From Octopus vulgaris (lineage: Eukaryota): a stretch of 64,000 nucleotides of DNA. Positions 63,694 to 64,000 of the stretch are shown here, in pieces (within the stretch, counting starts at the first letter, position 1; the number at the start of each line of letters is the position of its first letter). The position numbers and the translations under genes were made by a program. The stretch is taken from positions 98,580,001 through 98,644,000 of the forward strand of contig OX597821.1 of assembly GCA_951406725.2 (NCBI GenBank). Reading direction: 5' to 3'. The notes beneath the pieces were generated by a model. It did no database searches. It was not told the DNA's origin and saw only the letters and a list, made by a program, of their open reading frames with translations.

Positions 63694-64000
63694 TAGCAGA
63701 GATACCTGGCGTTGCCCGGTTACTTTCAATTGAAGAATTAGAATTTTCTGTTATATTTTCTGTAATGAACTGGAATACCTATGTTTCTAATTTCATCAAA
63801 ATTGCAGATGAGGGTTATTTCCCTCTTTACACACCCTAAAAAAATTGTAATCGTGCCACATGTATCCCATACTACTGATTTTATGTGCATATTCCAAAAT
63901 TCCAGTATTATAGAACCTGTTAAAAGGATTTTGCTCCTGAAAAATGGAGGTCATGGAGCCCTAAAATATGAGAGTTAAGGCCCCTATTGGGGGTGGGTGT
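63692..64000 (+). mobile_element. Probable Helitron/Helentron-associated repeat, 5' part
   Basis: Begins ACTAGCAGAGATACCTGGCGTTGCCCGG right after (TA)n, a common terminus of invertebrate rolling-circle non-autonomous elements; runs off the window. Confidence 0.45.

Overview
Eukaryotic, AT-rich DNA dense in microsatellites and SINEs; the repeat families and style point to a coleoid cephalopod, most likely an octopus (inferred from recognised repeats, not from a database search). Only one intact protein-coding gene is supported: a single-coding-exon membrane progestin receptor (PAQR7/8-like) at 43260-44279 (+), with a clear upstream splice acceptor. The rest is nested mobile DNA. It includes three tRNA-headed SINE families and a (GAT)n-tailed retro-repeat; RTE, CR1/L2-like, CRE-like, Dong/R4 and Penelope retroelement relics; a gypsy-like relic; mariner and hAT transposons; and several MITE/foldback palindromes. 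Almost all other ORFs in the track are microsatellite or SINE artefacts. No prokaryote-style system (CRISPR etc.) is present. The most unusual signals are: (1) two tRNA-SINE chimeras, a pre-tRNA-Gly plus SINE inserted as one unit inside a 13-14 bp TSD and an anticodon-truncated tRNA-Asp 5' half fused to a SINE; (2) two copies of a non-canonical minimal hammerhead-like motif; (3) long dsRNA-forming structures on both sides of the PAQR exon; (4) a ~560 bp non-coding element found only in (TAA)n, next to a Dong/R4 relic; and (5) a regional CpG-decay contrast consistent with mosaic methylation. Coordinates were counted by hand, and repeat boundaries are approximate.
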